A DNA stretch of 64,000 nt from Akkermansiaceae bacterium UBA7331 (GCA_002471255.1 DKPP01000008.1:42324-106323), one strand, 5' to 3'. Shown: positions 21,074 through 31,942, numbered from the stretch's first letter. Numbers and translations are program-made. Notes: generated by a model not told the origin, from the letters alone.

Positions 21074-21285
21074 CTAATGATTCAAGGCGAGATGAACGTT
21101 AGGACAAACTTCCTACACTCCCCTCCCAACAATCAAAACAAACACCCATTATTAAAAAACCAAAATAACAATTTGAAAGCAAATTTGAGAACCATTATAA
21201 CCAACAACCAACAATCATCCCAAACAGATTAAAAAAAGCTTGATTTCACAAGCCATCCATGAGAATCTTTTCCCACAACATTAAT

Positions 21286-21370
21286 GCGCTTGTGGCGAAA
21301 TTGGTAGACGCGCTAGATTTAGGCTCTAGTGGGGTGACCCGTACAGGTTCGAGTCCTGCCAAGCGTACCA
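21286..21370 (+). tRNA. tRNA-Leu(TAG)
   Basis: gcgcttgtggcgaaattggtagacgcg-ctaga-TTTAGGC-tctag, long variable arm, ggttcgagtcc, CCA end; 85 nt. Confidence 0.95.
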
Positions 21371-21387
21371 AAGTTGTAAAAAACATC

Positions 21388-21411
21388 AGCCCTCATTTTG
21401 AGGGCTTTTTT
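21388..21411 (+). terminator. Intrinsic terminator after tRNA-Leu(TAG)
   Basis: agccctc-atttt-gagggct followed by T run. Confidence 0.75.
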
Positions 21412-21725
21412 GTTATATATCAATCAGTTACTAATATTTCGTTTTGATAATTGTTACTATAAAATTACCTAATTTAGCGTAATTTGCTTTATTTGTAGTG
21501 TAAGTTATGGTGTAAGTTGCCACAAATATTGGGTCAACACGTTAATTGGTGGAAATACAAATTTTTCTCCTCGATCAAATCAATTCAAGCGATCACATTT
21601 TTGTAAACTCTATATTTTATACCGAGAGCAAACTAATTACTAAAATTAAAGAAGAATCAAAATTAGGATGATTGCTTTGCATAGTATCTCTTGACTGGAA
21701 AACAATAAGCAGTATTAATGTAATC

Positions 21726-22751
21726 ATGTACTCAACAGATATTGAATTGCCTACAAAAGAAGAAATTAATACATGGCTAGATGAACAAGTAGAGAAAAAA
21801 TTTATAAAGGATAAAAAAACGTGGATAGATTGGCAATTTAATCTAAACAATTCATGTAAAGAAAATGATGTTTACCATCAAATCTCTAACGATGAATCAA
21901 CTATAGACGAAAATGTGGCAAAACATTTTCATCAATGCATGAATCCAAAATATGTAAAATTATTTTATTACACATCGGCATCAGTAGCTTGCAAAATTAT
22001 TAAAGATGGTATGTTGAAAGGAACAGATCCATATAATACAAATGATCCTTTTGAATTTTTTCCTGCAGGTAATCGAAAATTGGCTATTGACAAGATGGAT
22101 GCACAAATTTTATGTTTTTCAACAAAAGTCACTTCAGCCGCTTTATGGGGACATTATGCAGAACAACATAAAGGAGTTTGTTTCGTTTTCTCTATCCCAC
22201 TAATTGCTTATTTTGGATCCACTAATAATAATTGCCATTGGAGAATTGCATCACACAAAGAAACAAAACCTATAAAAAATTGTTTATATATGGTTGAATA
22301 TTGTAGTGATAGATGGAAATTCGGTTTTCACCCTAGTGAATCTGCATTATGTTCAAAAGATGTTTCATGGCAATGGGAAAATGAAATTAGAATGATATGT
22401 GATGCATCTGATTGCGATTATGTTGATGACGAAAATAGAAAATTTTATAAATTTCCGATGGAATATTTAGAGTCAATTATTTGTGGCGTTAAAAATACCA
22501 ATAAGGATAGATTGAAATACTTATGTAAATGCCATGTTAATCGAGAAATTGTTTTTGATCAATGCACCTATTCTCAAGATAAATTTGAAGTGTACAACAC
22601 GATAGTAAGTGATACGTATATAAATATGTTTCCACAAACATATTATCAAAATTATTTTAAATCCTACAATCCATTCAACAATTACATCAATAACTCCAAC
22701 ATAGTAAATTTCGAAAAAGAAAATATGCAGACAATTGTTTCATATTACTAA
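21726..22751 (+). CDS. DUF2971 domain-containing protein (AT-rich accessory gene)
   Basis: LFYYTS, NDPFEF, CFS....LWGHYAEQHKGVC.VF, V.Y, K...WQWENEIRM motifs. ATG 21726 preferred over TTG 21672. Confidence 0.8.
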   Translation: MYSTDIELPTKEEINTWLDEQVEKKFIKDKKTWIDWQFNLNNSCKENDVYHQISNDESTIDENVAKHFHQCMNPKYVKLFYYTSASVACKIIKDGMLKGTDPYNTNDPFEFFPAGNRKLAIDKMDAQILCFSTKVTSAALWGHYAEQHKGVCFVFSIPLIAYFGSTNNNCHWRIASHKETKPIKNCLYMVEYCSDRWKFGFHPSESALCSKDVSWQWENEIRMICDASDCDYVDDENRKFYKFPMEYLESIICGVKNTNKDRLKYLCKCHVNREIVFDQCTYSQDKFEVYNTIVSDTYINMFPQTYYQNYFKSYNPFNNYINNSNIVNFEKENMQTIVSYY

Positions 22752-22816
22752 CATCCTAATTAATTCTCCGATATAATCGATAAGTAAAACCAAAGCAAGC
22801 ATCCCCTACAAAATGG

Positions 22817-22849
22817 AAAAGCCTCACATCCATTAGGAAGTGAGGCTTT
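22817..22849 (-). terminator. Intrinsic terminator of tRNA-Leu(AAG), possibly bidirectional
   Basis: aaagcctcac/gtgaggcttt stem just past the tRNA 3' end. Confidence 0.7.
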
Positions 22850-22853
22850 ATGA

Positions 22854-22939
<86 letters not shown>

Positions 22940-23019
22940 TTTTGTTGGTTGTGTGCCTTGCGGCGCGAGGGATTTATACATGAAATCGCCTCGGCTTGCA
23001 AGTTTTTTCTGTTATTTTT

Positions 23020-23547
23020 TTACAAATATTTTGGATCCGACAATTGTTCGGGGGTCGGCATGACCGCAGGGCGGATGGTAACCGCTTTGCTATCAAATTT
23101 TTCCGATGGGGCGAATAGCCATCCGGGTTGGCGATTGCTTTCGACAAATTTCGTTGGTTGGAAAACTCGTATTTTTAGATTTGAGTTAGGATCATAGGCA
23201 TATTTACCGGTAAACTTACCATAAACTCGGTATTCATAGTTATTATCGTAACCATATCTCTTATCTTGGGCATATTCAGGCAAGCGATCGGGGTTTAAGC
23301 ACTTGCTTTCATCCATGATGATTAGTTCGGCGGTGCGCCATGTTTGCCCGGGGCGTCTTACATACCCCCAAAATCTGGTGGATGGCACGTGATATCGTCT
23401 GGCGACTAAATAATCGCCCTTGGGCTCCTGGGCGATGAGCGCATTACGTTTATTCACCTCCTGTACGTCGTGCTTCAACGAATTACACTGAGCCAGTATG
23501 AGGGGAAGTGAGCCAAAGATGAGTGCCTTGATCCAAGTAGTTTTCAT
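23020..23547 (-). CDS. Putative lipoprotein, hypothetical
   Basis: Basic N-terminus, hydrophobic stretch, LAQC lipobox-like motif; last gene of the ymdB-tcdA run. Confidence 0.7.
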   Translation of the reverse strand: MKTTWIKALIFGSLPLILAQCNSLKHDVQEVNKRNALIAQEPKGDYLVARRYHVPSTRFWGYVRRPGQTWRTAELIIMDESKCLNPDRLPEYAQDKRYGYDNNYEYRVYGKFTGKYAYDPNSNLKIRVFQPTKFVESNRQPGWLFAPSEKFDSKAVTIRPAVMPTPEQLSDPKYL

Positions 23548-23553
23548 ATAAAA

Positions 23554-24357
23554 TTATTGGGAGATGGATGGTCTTTTATGTTTATGAAGGAGTTTGATGG
23601 CTTCTGCAGCCATGAAGAATCCGAAGGTGCCTGTAATATGAGTAATGGAACCAAATCCGGTATCGCATTTCATTTTTCCTGCGAATTGAGGGTCTTTTTC
23701 TTTAGAGACTGCCCCATCACAGGTCGGATAATAAGGTTTTTCCGCAGAAAAAACGCATGGAATCTTTAGCTTTTTCGATTTCTCACCTAAAGGCAATTTG
23801 TATTCCTGCTTTAATTTTTTTCTCAATACGGACAATAAGGGATCGCCGTAGGTTTTGGATAAATCGGCTACTTCAATCTGGGTAGGATCGATTCGCCCAC
23901 CTGCACCACCACAACTAATGAGTGGTTGCTTAGCTCGGTAACATGTAGCGATCAAATGTGCCTTATGATTTAATGAATCAATGGCATCTATAATGACATC
24001 AGGCTGCAATTCAAAAAGCTTTTCCGCATTGTTAGGGGTATAAAAGCAATCTAAGCACGTTACTTTCACATTGGGATTGATATCTACAATACGATTCGAC
24101 ATTGCTTGGCTTTTAGATTGCCCGATCGTACAAGATAAAGCGTGGATCTGACGATTTACATTGGTGATACATAGGTCATCTAGATCCATGAGCACGATAT
24201 GCCCTACTCCCGATCTAGCTAAAGATTCAGCGACCCAAGACCCTACTCCACCTATACCGATAATAGCAAAGGTCGAGTTTTTAAGTACATCCAGTCCATC
24301 ATTCCCATATAGTCTACCTATACCGCCAAAGCGAGCCTGATAATCTACCGAATCCAT
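23554..24357 (-). CDS. tcdA: tRNA threonylcarbamoyladenosine dehydratase (ThiF family)
   Basis: GIGGVGSWVAESLARSG, NVNRQ, DAID, GGAGGRIDP, VFSAE, C..GFGS...TGTFG. Confidence 0.9.
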   Translation of the reverse strand: MDSVDYQARFGGIGRLYGNDGLDVLKNSTFAIIGIGGVGSWVAESLARSGVGHIVLMDLDDLCITNVNRQIHALSCTIGQSKSQAMSNRIVDINPNVKVTCLDCFYTPNNAEKLFELQPDVIIDAIDSLNHKAHLIATCYRAKQPLISCGGAGGRIDPTQIEVADLSKTYGDPLLSVLRKKLKQEYKLPLGEKSKKLKIPCVFSAEKPYYPTCDGAVSKEKDPQFAGKMKCDTGFGSITHITGTFGFFMAAEAIKLLHKHKRPSISQ

Positions 24358-24359
24358 CG

Positions 24360-25166
24360 TTATGCTTGGGTCGTTTTTTCCATCACTCGGCTTATTCTCT
24401 CGATAGCCACGGCTTTGCCGGTGGTCTCATCGATAGTGATGACTGCGCCACAAATCCTAACCGGCCAATTAGCCACCGGAAATTTAGTAGGTAAAGCCGT
24501 TAAAAATCTTTTTATGATGGGATCTTTTTCACGCCCTAGCACACTATTGGACGGCCCACACATACCGGCATCGGTCAAATAGGCTGTACCATTCTCCAAA
24601 ATCGTTTCATCAGCCGTCTGCACATGGGTATGAGTACCAATCACGGCAGAAACTTTACCATCAAGGAAATACCCCATAGATATTTTTTCACTGGTGGTCT
24701 CCGCATGTATATCTACGATGATCGGGATAGAGCCATGCTCTTGGTGTATATCAGCCACCTCTTGCTCAATCATGACAAATGGATTTTCCAATGGTGGTTG
24801 AGTAAAGGTGCGGCCTTGCACTTGGATGACGGCCAATTTTCCTTTGACCGTATCAATCACGGTACTACCTCTACCCGGTGTACCTTTTGGATAATTAAGC
24901 GGTCTGACAATTCTATGTTCGCAATGCAACCACGGAATCAATTCCGCCTGATCCCATACATGATCACCTGTCGTCACGACATGCGTACCTGCATTTAATA
25001 GCTCCGTAGTCAATTTAGGGGTAATCCCCCTACCGGCAGCGGCGTTTTCGCCATTAGCTATCACTACGTCGATATCAAATTCCTTGATAAATGAAGGAAG
25101 GGCACGCATGTAGGCGGTACGGCCGGGCTCGCCGACTATATCGCCTATGAATAAGACTTTGATCAT
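24360..25166 (-). CDS. ymdB: YmdB/TIGR00282 metallophosphoesterase
   Basis: GDIVG, NGENAAAG, HAETTSEK, GTHTHVQT, TDAGMCG. Confidence 0.92.
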   Translation of the reverse strand: MIKVLFIGDIVGEPGRTAYMRALPSFIKEFDIDVVIANGENAAAGRGITPKLTTELLNAGTHVVTTGDHVWDQAELIPWLHCEHRIVRPLNYPKGTPGRGSTVIDTVKGKLAVIQVQGRTFTQPPLENPFVMIEQEVADIHQEHGSIPIIVDIHAETTSEKISMGYFLDGKVSAVIGTHTHVQTADETILENGTAYLTDAGMCGPSNSVLGREKDPIIKRFLTALPTKFPVANWPVRICGAVITIDETTGKAVAIERISRVMEKTTQA

Positions 25167-25191
25167 GTATATTTGGGATGGTTCCTAAAAG

Positions 25192-25659
25192 TTATTTTTT
25201 ATCCGGAGCCGGAACCACGAGAACAGGCACTGGTGACAATCTTACGATAGATTGAGTCACACTACCTAAAAGGACGGAAGAAAGGAATCCGTGATTATGC
25301 TTACCTACTACGATCATATCAATGTCGTGAGTTTTGGCAAAATTAAGCACAGCATCACTAATCTCAAACTCATCAATGACATTTTGGGTCACTTCCGCAC
25401 CGGTGATGGCTTTGAGCTTTTCAGCCGCCTTGTTCAAATGATTTTTGGCAATGGCAATAATGGTATTTTCTTCTTCGGGAGTAGTTGCCGACATGGGGAT
25501 TTCGTCAGGCATTACACCGGAAACTTCATAGCAGATATTAGGCTCCACGACGTGTACTAAGTGGATAACACTGCTATTAGGGCAAGCCAAGCGACCGATT
25601 TGTTCTAGAACGGTATCGGTGGCATTGGAAAAATCGATAGCTACGAGAATATTTTTCAT
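25192..25659 (-). CDS. Universal stress protein
   Basis: MKNILVAIDFS start; IVVG..H.....LLGSVT..IV..SPVPVLVVP. Confidence 0.92.
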   Translation of the reverse strand: MKNILVAIDFSNATDTVLEQIGRLACPNSSVIHLVHVVEPNICYEVSGVMPDEIPMSATTPEEENTIIAIAKNHLNKAAEKLKAITGAEVTQNVIDEFEISDAVLNFAKTHDIDMIVVGKHNHGFLSSVLLGSVTQSIVRLSPVPVLVVPAPDKK

Positions 25660-25740
25660 TACTGTTAAACTAGCATATCGATAAATAGATTGCCATAAAA
25701 AACCTGTCAAACAGGCTTTCTATGGCACACAAAAGTGTTA

Positions 25741-26706
25741 TTAAATAAGGCCTACAGCTTTTTTAATGCGTGTTAGCACGACGGAAGCGGTCTCACGAGC
25801 CTTGTTAGCACCTTGATTGAGTACTTCTTGCACATAATCTTGATTATTAAGCAATTCCTCATGACGTTCACGAGCTGATCTAAAATATTCCCAGTAAGCA
25901 TCAAACAAGCGTTTTTTGAAATCACCGTAACCGCAACCACCTTGTTTAAAGTCATGTATCATTTGTTCGTAACCTTCGGCAGAAGCAAACAATTGATACA
26001 ATTGCAAAATGATCGAATCATCAGTCGGCTTAGGATCCTCTACCGGAGTAGAATCGGTAGGAATGCGCATAATCAATTTACGAGTAGCTTTTTCGGCTCC
26101 GAAAATAGGCAAGGTATTTCCATAACTCTTACTCATTTTTTGACCATCCAAACCGGGCACGACTGCTGTATTTTCAGCGATTAAAGGTTCAGGAACGACA
26201 CAGGTACCTTCTCCAAATTGCTCATTCATCTTACCGGCTAGGTCTCTCGTTACTTCCAAATGTTGTTTTTGGTCTTTGCCTACCGGTACTAAGTTTGCAT
26301 CATAAAGCAAAATATCGGCAGCCATCAGTACAGGATAGGTAAATAACGCATTGCTAGGTGAAAAACCCTTAGCAATCTTATCTTTATATGAATGGCAACG
26401 CTCCAGCAATCCCACAGGACAAACAGTGCTCAATATCCATGCAAGCTCATTTACCTCAGGTACGGCAGACTGTCTAAAGAAGGTACATTTTTCAGGATTA
26501 AGGCCTACGGCTAAGAAATCCGTAGCTAATTCCTTCGTATAAGTACGTAAATCATCAGCTTTGGTGACAGTACTCATCGCATGATAATCAGCGATAAAAT
26601 AAAATGCTTCGCCTTTATCTTGAAGCTTAACTGCCGGTTCCATTGCACCGAAATAATTGCCTATATGTAATTGTCCGCTAGGTTGGAGTCCAGTAATGAT
26701 GCGCAT
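25741..26706 (-). CDS. trpS: Tryptophan--tRNA ligase
   Basis: HIGN and KMSKS motifs, YPVLMAADILLY, VGKDQ.QH. Confidence 0.97.
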   Translation of the reverse strand: MRIITGLQPSGQLHIGNYFGAMEPAVKLQDKGEAFYFIADYHAMSTVTKADDLRTYTKELATDFLAVGLNPEKCTFFRQSAVPEVNELAWILSTVCPVGLLERCHSYKDKIAKGFSPSNALFTYPVLMAADILLYDANLVPVGKDQKQHLEVTRDLAGKMNEQFGEGTCVVPEPLIAENTAVVPGLDGQKMSKSYGNTLPIFGAEKATRKLIMRIPTDSTPVEDPKPTDDSIILQLYQLFASAEGYEQMIHDFKQGGCGYGDFKKRLFDAYWEYFRSARERHEELLNNQDYVQEVLNQGANKARETASVVLTRIKKAVGLI

Positions 26707-26914
26707 TTCGCCAAAGATGATGCCTTGGGTTTTCAGCCTGTCAAGGTTACTACAGGTCAGTATATCAAGTAGGGTAAAAATTATACTCCAACAAATGAAA
26801 TACGTGTCCGCATTTCTTAATTTTCGCCCATATCATTCCTTTATTCGACTAATTAAGAGGAAAAGGACAATCTCTACTCTTGGCAAACAGAAATGACTTG
26901 GGTATCGTACGCGC

Positions 26915-27559
26915 ATGATTCAATTCACGCTTTTCGGCATTCCGATATCAATCAGACCAAGCTTATGGATAGCCTTGGCTCTTATCGGCTCTGCTTATAC
27001 TGACCCGCGTACCGGAGAGGGATTATTTCATCTAGCCCTATTTGTCATTGCAGGTTTTGTGACTTTACTCATTCATGAATTGGGTCATGCATTGGTAGGT
27101 CGCAAATTAGCAGGCGGTGAACACATCATTAGTATGCAAATGCTTGGCGGCCAAACTCAAAGTTTGCATGCCCGCTTTACGAAATGGACCCGCATTGCCA
27201 CCGTTTTCGCCGGACCGGGAGCTACCATATTACTTTATATATTAGTGTCGGCTTTGATATATGTTTTAGCCGGATCCATTAATGCGAACTTAGTCAGCTT
27301 TTTCATATTCTTATTGTTTATTCAAACATTAAGCTTTTGGTGGACGATTTTTAACCTTTTGCCAATTTTACCTTTAGACGGTGGTCAAATCATGGCTGAG
27401 CTCGTCAAATCGCCTAAAAAGGCTTATACCGTAAGCTATTTCCTTGCACTTGTCGTAGCTGGCTTGACCTATTTCTATTTTGGTTCTATGTTCTTGCCCA
27501 TCTTTATGTGCTTGTTTGCCTATATCAATTATCAGGCAGCCAAAAACTCCCCATATTAA
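26915..27559 (+). CDS. Site-2 protease family (M50) membrane metalloprotease
   Basis: HELGH, AGP, NLLPILPLDGG. Confidence 0.9.
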   Translation: MIQFTLFGIPISIRPSLWIALALIGSAYTDPRTGEGLFHLALFVIAGFVTLLIHELGHALVGRKLAGGEHIISMQMLGGQTQSLHARFTKWTRIATVFAGPGATILLYILVSALIYVLAGSINANLVSFFIFLLFIQTLSFWWTIFNLLPILPLDGGQIMAELVKSPKKAYTVSYFLALVVAGLTYFYFGSMFLPIFMCLFAYINYQAAKNSPY

Positions 27560-27585
27560 TATCTTTCCCGATTAAGAATTATTTT

Positions 27586-29106
27586 ATGTCACAACAAAGC
27601 GCTATTAGCCCAACTCGCTCAGAGAACTTCCCTGAGTGGTACCAACAGGTCATTAAGGCTGCCGATATGGCAGAAAACTCTGAAGTACGCGGTTGCATGG
27701 TCATTAAGCCGTGGGGATACGCCATCTGGGAGCTTATTCAAAAAGACCTTGATCAACGTTTCAAAGACACCGGTCACAGTAACGCCTATTTCCCTCTTTT
27801 GATCCCAATCTCCTATTTGGAAAAAGAAGCGGAACACGCTGAAGGCTTTGCCACAGAATGTGCCGTCGTTACCCATCACCGCCTTGAAGCACAAAAAGAT
27901 GAAGTAACAGGCAAAACTCGCATGATTCCTACCGGCGAATTGACCGAACCTTTCGTGATTCGCCCTACATCCGAAACCGTTATCGGTGCCGCTTTTGCTC
28001 GTTGGACCTCCAGCTATCGTGATTTACCATTGAAGATTAACCAATGGTGTAACGTTATGCGTTGGGAAATGCGCCCTCGTATTTTCTTACGTACGGCTGA
28101 GTTCTTATGGCAAGAAGGTCACACCGCACACGAAACGAAGGAAGAAGCTATCGAAGAAACCTTAACCATGCACAAGGTTTATGAAGATTTTCAACGTGAC
28201 GTATTGGCGATCCCTACCATCCCCGGTGAAAAAACCGAAGCAGAACGCTTCCCAGGTGCTGAAATGACCTTTACCGTAGAAGCAATGGTGCAGGACAGAA
28301 AGGCTATTCAAGCCGGTACATCCCACTTCTTAGGTCAAAACTTTGCCAAGGCTCAAAACATCTCTTTTGCCGGTCGTGATAACACCAAACAGCATGCGTG
28401 GACCAGCTCATGGGGCGTTTCCACCCGCATGATCGGTGCCTTAATCATGATGCACTCCGATGACGACGGTCTAGTTTGCCCACCAAGAGTCGCACCACAG
28501 CAAATCGTTATCGTTCCTGTTACTCCTAAAGAGGACACCAAAGACGCCATCATTGATCATTGCGAACAATTGGCCGCTACCCTTCGCCAACAAAACCTTC
28601 ATGGTCAATCCTTGCGTGTTATCGTTGATAAACGCGACATTGGCGGTGGTACGAAAAAATGGGAATGGATTAAAAAAGGTGTGCCGGTACGTATCGAAAT
28701 CGGCCCACGCGACTTGGAAAAAGGTTCCGTATGCTTACAGCGCCGTGATGAAGCTATACAAGCTAAAAGCTTCGTAGCTGAATCCGAAGTAATCGAAAAC
28801 ATGGTAAACATCCTTCAAGACATCCAAGACAAGCTTCTTGCTAAAGCAGTCGATTTTAGAAACGCACATATCAAGGAAGCTAATACATTAGCCGAATTGG
28901 AAGACAACTTCTCCGGAGAAGGTGATGCTGACTGGTTATTAGTGCCATGGGACGGCTCCCCTGAAGAAGAAGAAGAATTGGCAAAACGTCTTCGTATTTC
29001 CATTCGCTGCATTCCTGTAGGTGAAATGGGTACAGGAGCCGAAGCACCATGTATCTTAACGGGCAAGCCTACTACACGCCGTGTATTATGGGCTCGTAGT
29101 TACTAA
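27586..29106 (+). CDS. proS: Proline--tRNA ligase (archaeal/eukaryotic type, no INS editing domain)
   Basis: WYQQVI, RPTSET, FLWQEGHT, QAGTSHFLGQNF, SWGVSTR, C-terminal ARSY; start at MSQQ (27586). Confidence 0.96.
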   Translation: MSQQSAISPTRSENFPEWYQQVIKAADMAENSEVRGCMVIKPWGYAIWELIQKDLDQRFKDTGHSNAYFPLLIPISYLEKEAEHAEGFATECAVVTHHRLEAQKDEVTGKTRMIPTGELTEPFVIRPTSETVIGAAFARWTSSYRDLPLKINQWCNVMRWEMRPRIFLRTAEFLWQEGHTAHETKEEAIEETLTMHKVYEDFQRDVLAIPTIPGEKTEAERFPGAEMTFTVEAMVQDRKAIQAGTSHFLGQNFAKAQNISFAGRDNTKQHAWTSSWGVSTRMIGALIMMHSDDDGLVCPPRVAPQQIVIVPVTPKEDTKDAIIDHCEQLAATLRQQNLHGQSLRVIVDKRDIGGGTKKWEWIKKGVPVRIEIGPRDLEKGSVCLQRRDEAIQAKSFVAESEVIENMVNILQDIQDKLLAKAVDFRNAHIKEANTLAELEDNFSGEGDADWLLVPWDGSPEEEEELAKRLRISIRCIPVGEMGTGAEAPCILTGKPTTRRVLWARSY

Positions 29107-29123
29107 AATTTGCAGATACTTTT

Positions 29124-29160
29124 TAAACAACCCGCATGAGTCATTTATGCGGGTTGTTTA
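29124..29160 (+). terminator. Intrinsic terminator after proS
   Basis: taaacaacccgcat/atgcgggttgttta 14-bp stem. Confidence 0.75.
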
Positions 29161-29254
29161 TTTCCCTTATAAAATCACAACTAATATCCACTAAGCCAAT
29201 CAAAGCACGTTCCCATATATTTTTCTGCTTGCTCATTAACTAAAATGAGTTTAA

Positions 29255-31921
29255 ATGGCTGTCTTGTTGACCATGAATCCACTTCCTCTAGGTATTACCA
29301 TTGCTATTACGTTATTATGCGGCATCCCTTATCAAGGTATGTCTCAAATATCTACTACATCGGCCCAAACCGACGATAGAAATAGCTTATTGAATAATCC
29401 TGAAAACGCTTATCTTAAAGCGCATTATGATTCACAACAGGCTTTAAAACTCGCGGATGGGGGTAAATACACCGAGGCAATCAACATCATTGATAATGGG
29501 TTGATTATTTTGGCCAATATTTCAAAAATGCACAAAGATTGGAAACCGAATCTTGTTGCATTTAAAAACAATCAATTCCAAGACTTACGAAAGAAATGGC
29601 TCGATCAGGAGCAACAACAGGCTAAAAGCAAAGTTGTTTTACCCGGAGATAAACCTATCAACAAGCCTCAGGCTGTAAACCAACCGACCGTAAAGCCAAA
29701 CACCCAATATCTGCCCCCGGGTTATCAAGCAGGATCCGGTTATATGCCGGCAGTAGATGATCGTAACGCTATAGCCAATAGCCACGATACGGTTTCAGAA
29801 ATCATTCGCAATAAAGATATTGAAAACCAAGCTTTGGTTAGTGCTCTGAAAAAGACTCAAATCAAACTCAAGCAAATGCAAGAGGCACTTGCGAATGCTT
29901 CGGTAGGTCAAAACATCTACAAGGAAGAGCTTACCAAATACCAAACTCTACTTGCAAAAGAACGACAAACCAACAATGATGTCGTCAAAGATCTTTCCAG
30001 TCAAATTAGCAAGCTCGAGACTGCGCTTAAACAATCCGAATTAGGGCGCACACAGCTTAAAGAGGACTACGATCGATTACTATTAAGTTTTGAGCAGAAT
30101 CAACAGCTCCTTAAAACAGTATCGGAAGAACGTGATGCACTCATCCAAGAAAGAGACCAATTAGCGGCATTAGTCGAACTAAATAGTCCCGAAAAGACCA
30201 AAAATCTACTCGATCGCAATCTTACCTTAGCGGCACAGCTAAAAGACGCTCAAGATAAAATTACCGAATTAGAAACAGCCCAAGCCAATTCAAAGGAACA
30301 AGAGAACGTCAATTTACAAGAATTGGAAAAAACTCGCACCGAATTAGCTGAGATTAAGCTAAGATTGATTTCCATACGTGATGAAAACATCGGATATCGC
30401 AAACGCATCACTGAGCTTAACAATAAATTACTTAACACGGAAATTGAGTTAAGCAAAACCTCACAAGAGGTAGAAAATGATCCGGTACTTTTGGAAGAGA
30501 ATAATTTGCTACGCAACACGATTGCTAAACAACTTCGCATTCTTTCCGTGCAAGAACAAAGCCGCACGATGCTAATCAACGCATATAAGCGACAAAAATT
30601 CAGTGATCCGGAAATGGCTAAAATTTTGAAGTTGGTTGATGATGAAAATTCCATCAAATTAACTCCTGCAGAGCAAAATTTACTACAAACAGTAGCTAAA
30701 CAAATCGTCAAGGAAGCCCCTATTTCTGATGAGCAACAAGCATTATTGCTACAAAAGGAACAAGAGTTAACCGAAGCTAAAACAAAGGCTGACGAGTTAA
30801 AACTCAAGCTTGAGGAATTAGCCAAAGCCGCAGAGAAAAAGGATAAAGAGGCGCAAAAGAAATTGGATGCCATCATGAAATCCACAGAGGCAAAAGCGCA
30901 AGAAGTAGCTCAATTAGAACAACAACTAAAAGAGCAAAAAGATATTGCACAAGGCCAAGCCAACCTCAAGGCGATGTTGGAATATGATGGAGCTCCCAAT
31001 GAAACTGATGATTTAAGACAAGTCGCTGAACAAAAAATGAAGGCGGACATTGCAGCATCTTTAGCTTCGGAAGCATTTAGCCAAAAGCGTTATGCAGCCG
31101 CAGAGCAACTGTATCGCACCATCATTCAAGATCAACCCGATCACGTACCTGCTCGCATCAATTTGGGCACCATTCTTTTACAAATCAATTTGGTAGATGA
31201 GGCCATCACTCATTTAAAACGTGCTACGGAAATTGATAAGGACTCCGTACCTGCTTGGTTTATGTTAGGTGTAGGTCAATATCGTGCCGGATTAGATAAA
31301 AGCGCGATGGAATCTTTCCTAGAAACAGTCAAAATTGATCCTGCCAATAGCAAGGCATTTGAATACATGGGGATTTTGGAAAGTTGTTCCGGCAACTACA
31401 AGAAAGCCATTCAATATTTTGACAAAGCATTAGACATTAACGCTCAATCTGCAAATGCATTATTCAATCTTGCATGGGCTCATGCTCACTTAAAAGATAA
31501 CAATAAAGCAAAGAAAAATTACGATTTAGCCATTAAAAACGGAGCTTTACCTGATAAAAACCTTGAATTGATCATGACAGGGCAACGTTCTGTCACTGAA
31601 CCGATTTCCGAAACGCCAAGTATAGCGGCAGCTGCAATACAAGCACCTGCATCGGCACCTGCCGATACTGCCGCCGTAGAAACAATTCCGGAAGTTACAA
31701 AATCAGATGATAAAGTTCCTTTTGCTGACCAGTTGCCTACCATGACTCCCTCGGTAGCACAAGCACAGGAAGCAGCTCAAGAAACAAAACCAAACACGGC
31801 TGTAGCTCCCGAAAAGACGGATAAAGTCGACGAGCAACCCAAAAAAGTAATTGAAAACAACAAAGAGCCGGAGAAAAAAGACGAACCGGCTCCACGTAAA
31901 CGCAGATTTCGTATCGGATAA
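29255..31921 (+). CDS. Exported coiled-coil plus tetratricopeptide repeat protein
   Basis: Signal peptide; long heptad-rich region; several TPRs (ARINLG, AWFMLG, AFEYMG, ALFNLA); low-complexity tail. Confidence 0.8.
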   Translation: MAVLLTMNPLPLGITIAITLLCGIPYQGMSQISTTSAQTDDRNSLLNNPENAYLKAHYDSQQALKLADGGKYTEAINIIDNGLIILANISKMHKDWKPNLVAFKNNQFQDLRKKWLDQEQQQAKSKVVLPGDKPINKPQAVNQPTVKPNTQYLPPGYQAGSGYMPAVDDRNAIANSHDTVSEIIRNKDIENQALVSALKKTQIKLKQMQEALANASVGQNIYKEELTKYQTLLAKERQTNNDVVKDLSSQISKLETALKQSELGRTQLKEDYDRLLLSFEQNQQLLKTVSEERDALIQERDQLAALVELNSPEKTKNLLDRNLTLAAQLKDAQDKITELETAQANSKEQENVNLQELEKTRTELAEIKLRLISIRDENIGYRKRITELNNKLLNTEIELSKTSQEVENDPVLLEENNLLRNTIAKQLRILSVQEQSRTMLINAYKRQKFSDPEMAKILKLVDDENSIKLTPAEQNLLQTVAKQIVKEAPISDEQQALLLQKEQELTEAKTKADELKLKLEELAKAAEKKDKEAQKKLDAIMKSTEAKAQEVAQLEQQLKEQKDIAQGQANLKAMLEYDGAPNETDDLRQVAEQKMKADIAASLASEAFSQKRYAAAEQLYRTIIQDQPDHVPARINLGTILLQINLVDEAITHLKRATEIDKDSVPAWFMLGVGQYRAGLDKSAMESFLETVKIDPANSKAFEYMGILESCSGNYKKAIQYFDKALDINAQSANALFNLAWAHAHLKDNNKAKKNYDLAIKNGALPDKNLELIMTGQRSVTEPISETPSIAAAAIQAPASAPADTAAVETIPEVTKSDDKVPFADQLPTMTPSVAQAQEAAQETKPNTAVAPEKTDKVDEQPKKVIENNKEPEKKDEPAPRKRRFRIG

Positions 31922-31942
31922 GGATTTTTTCACTTTTACATT

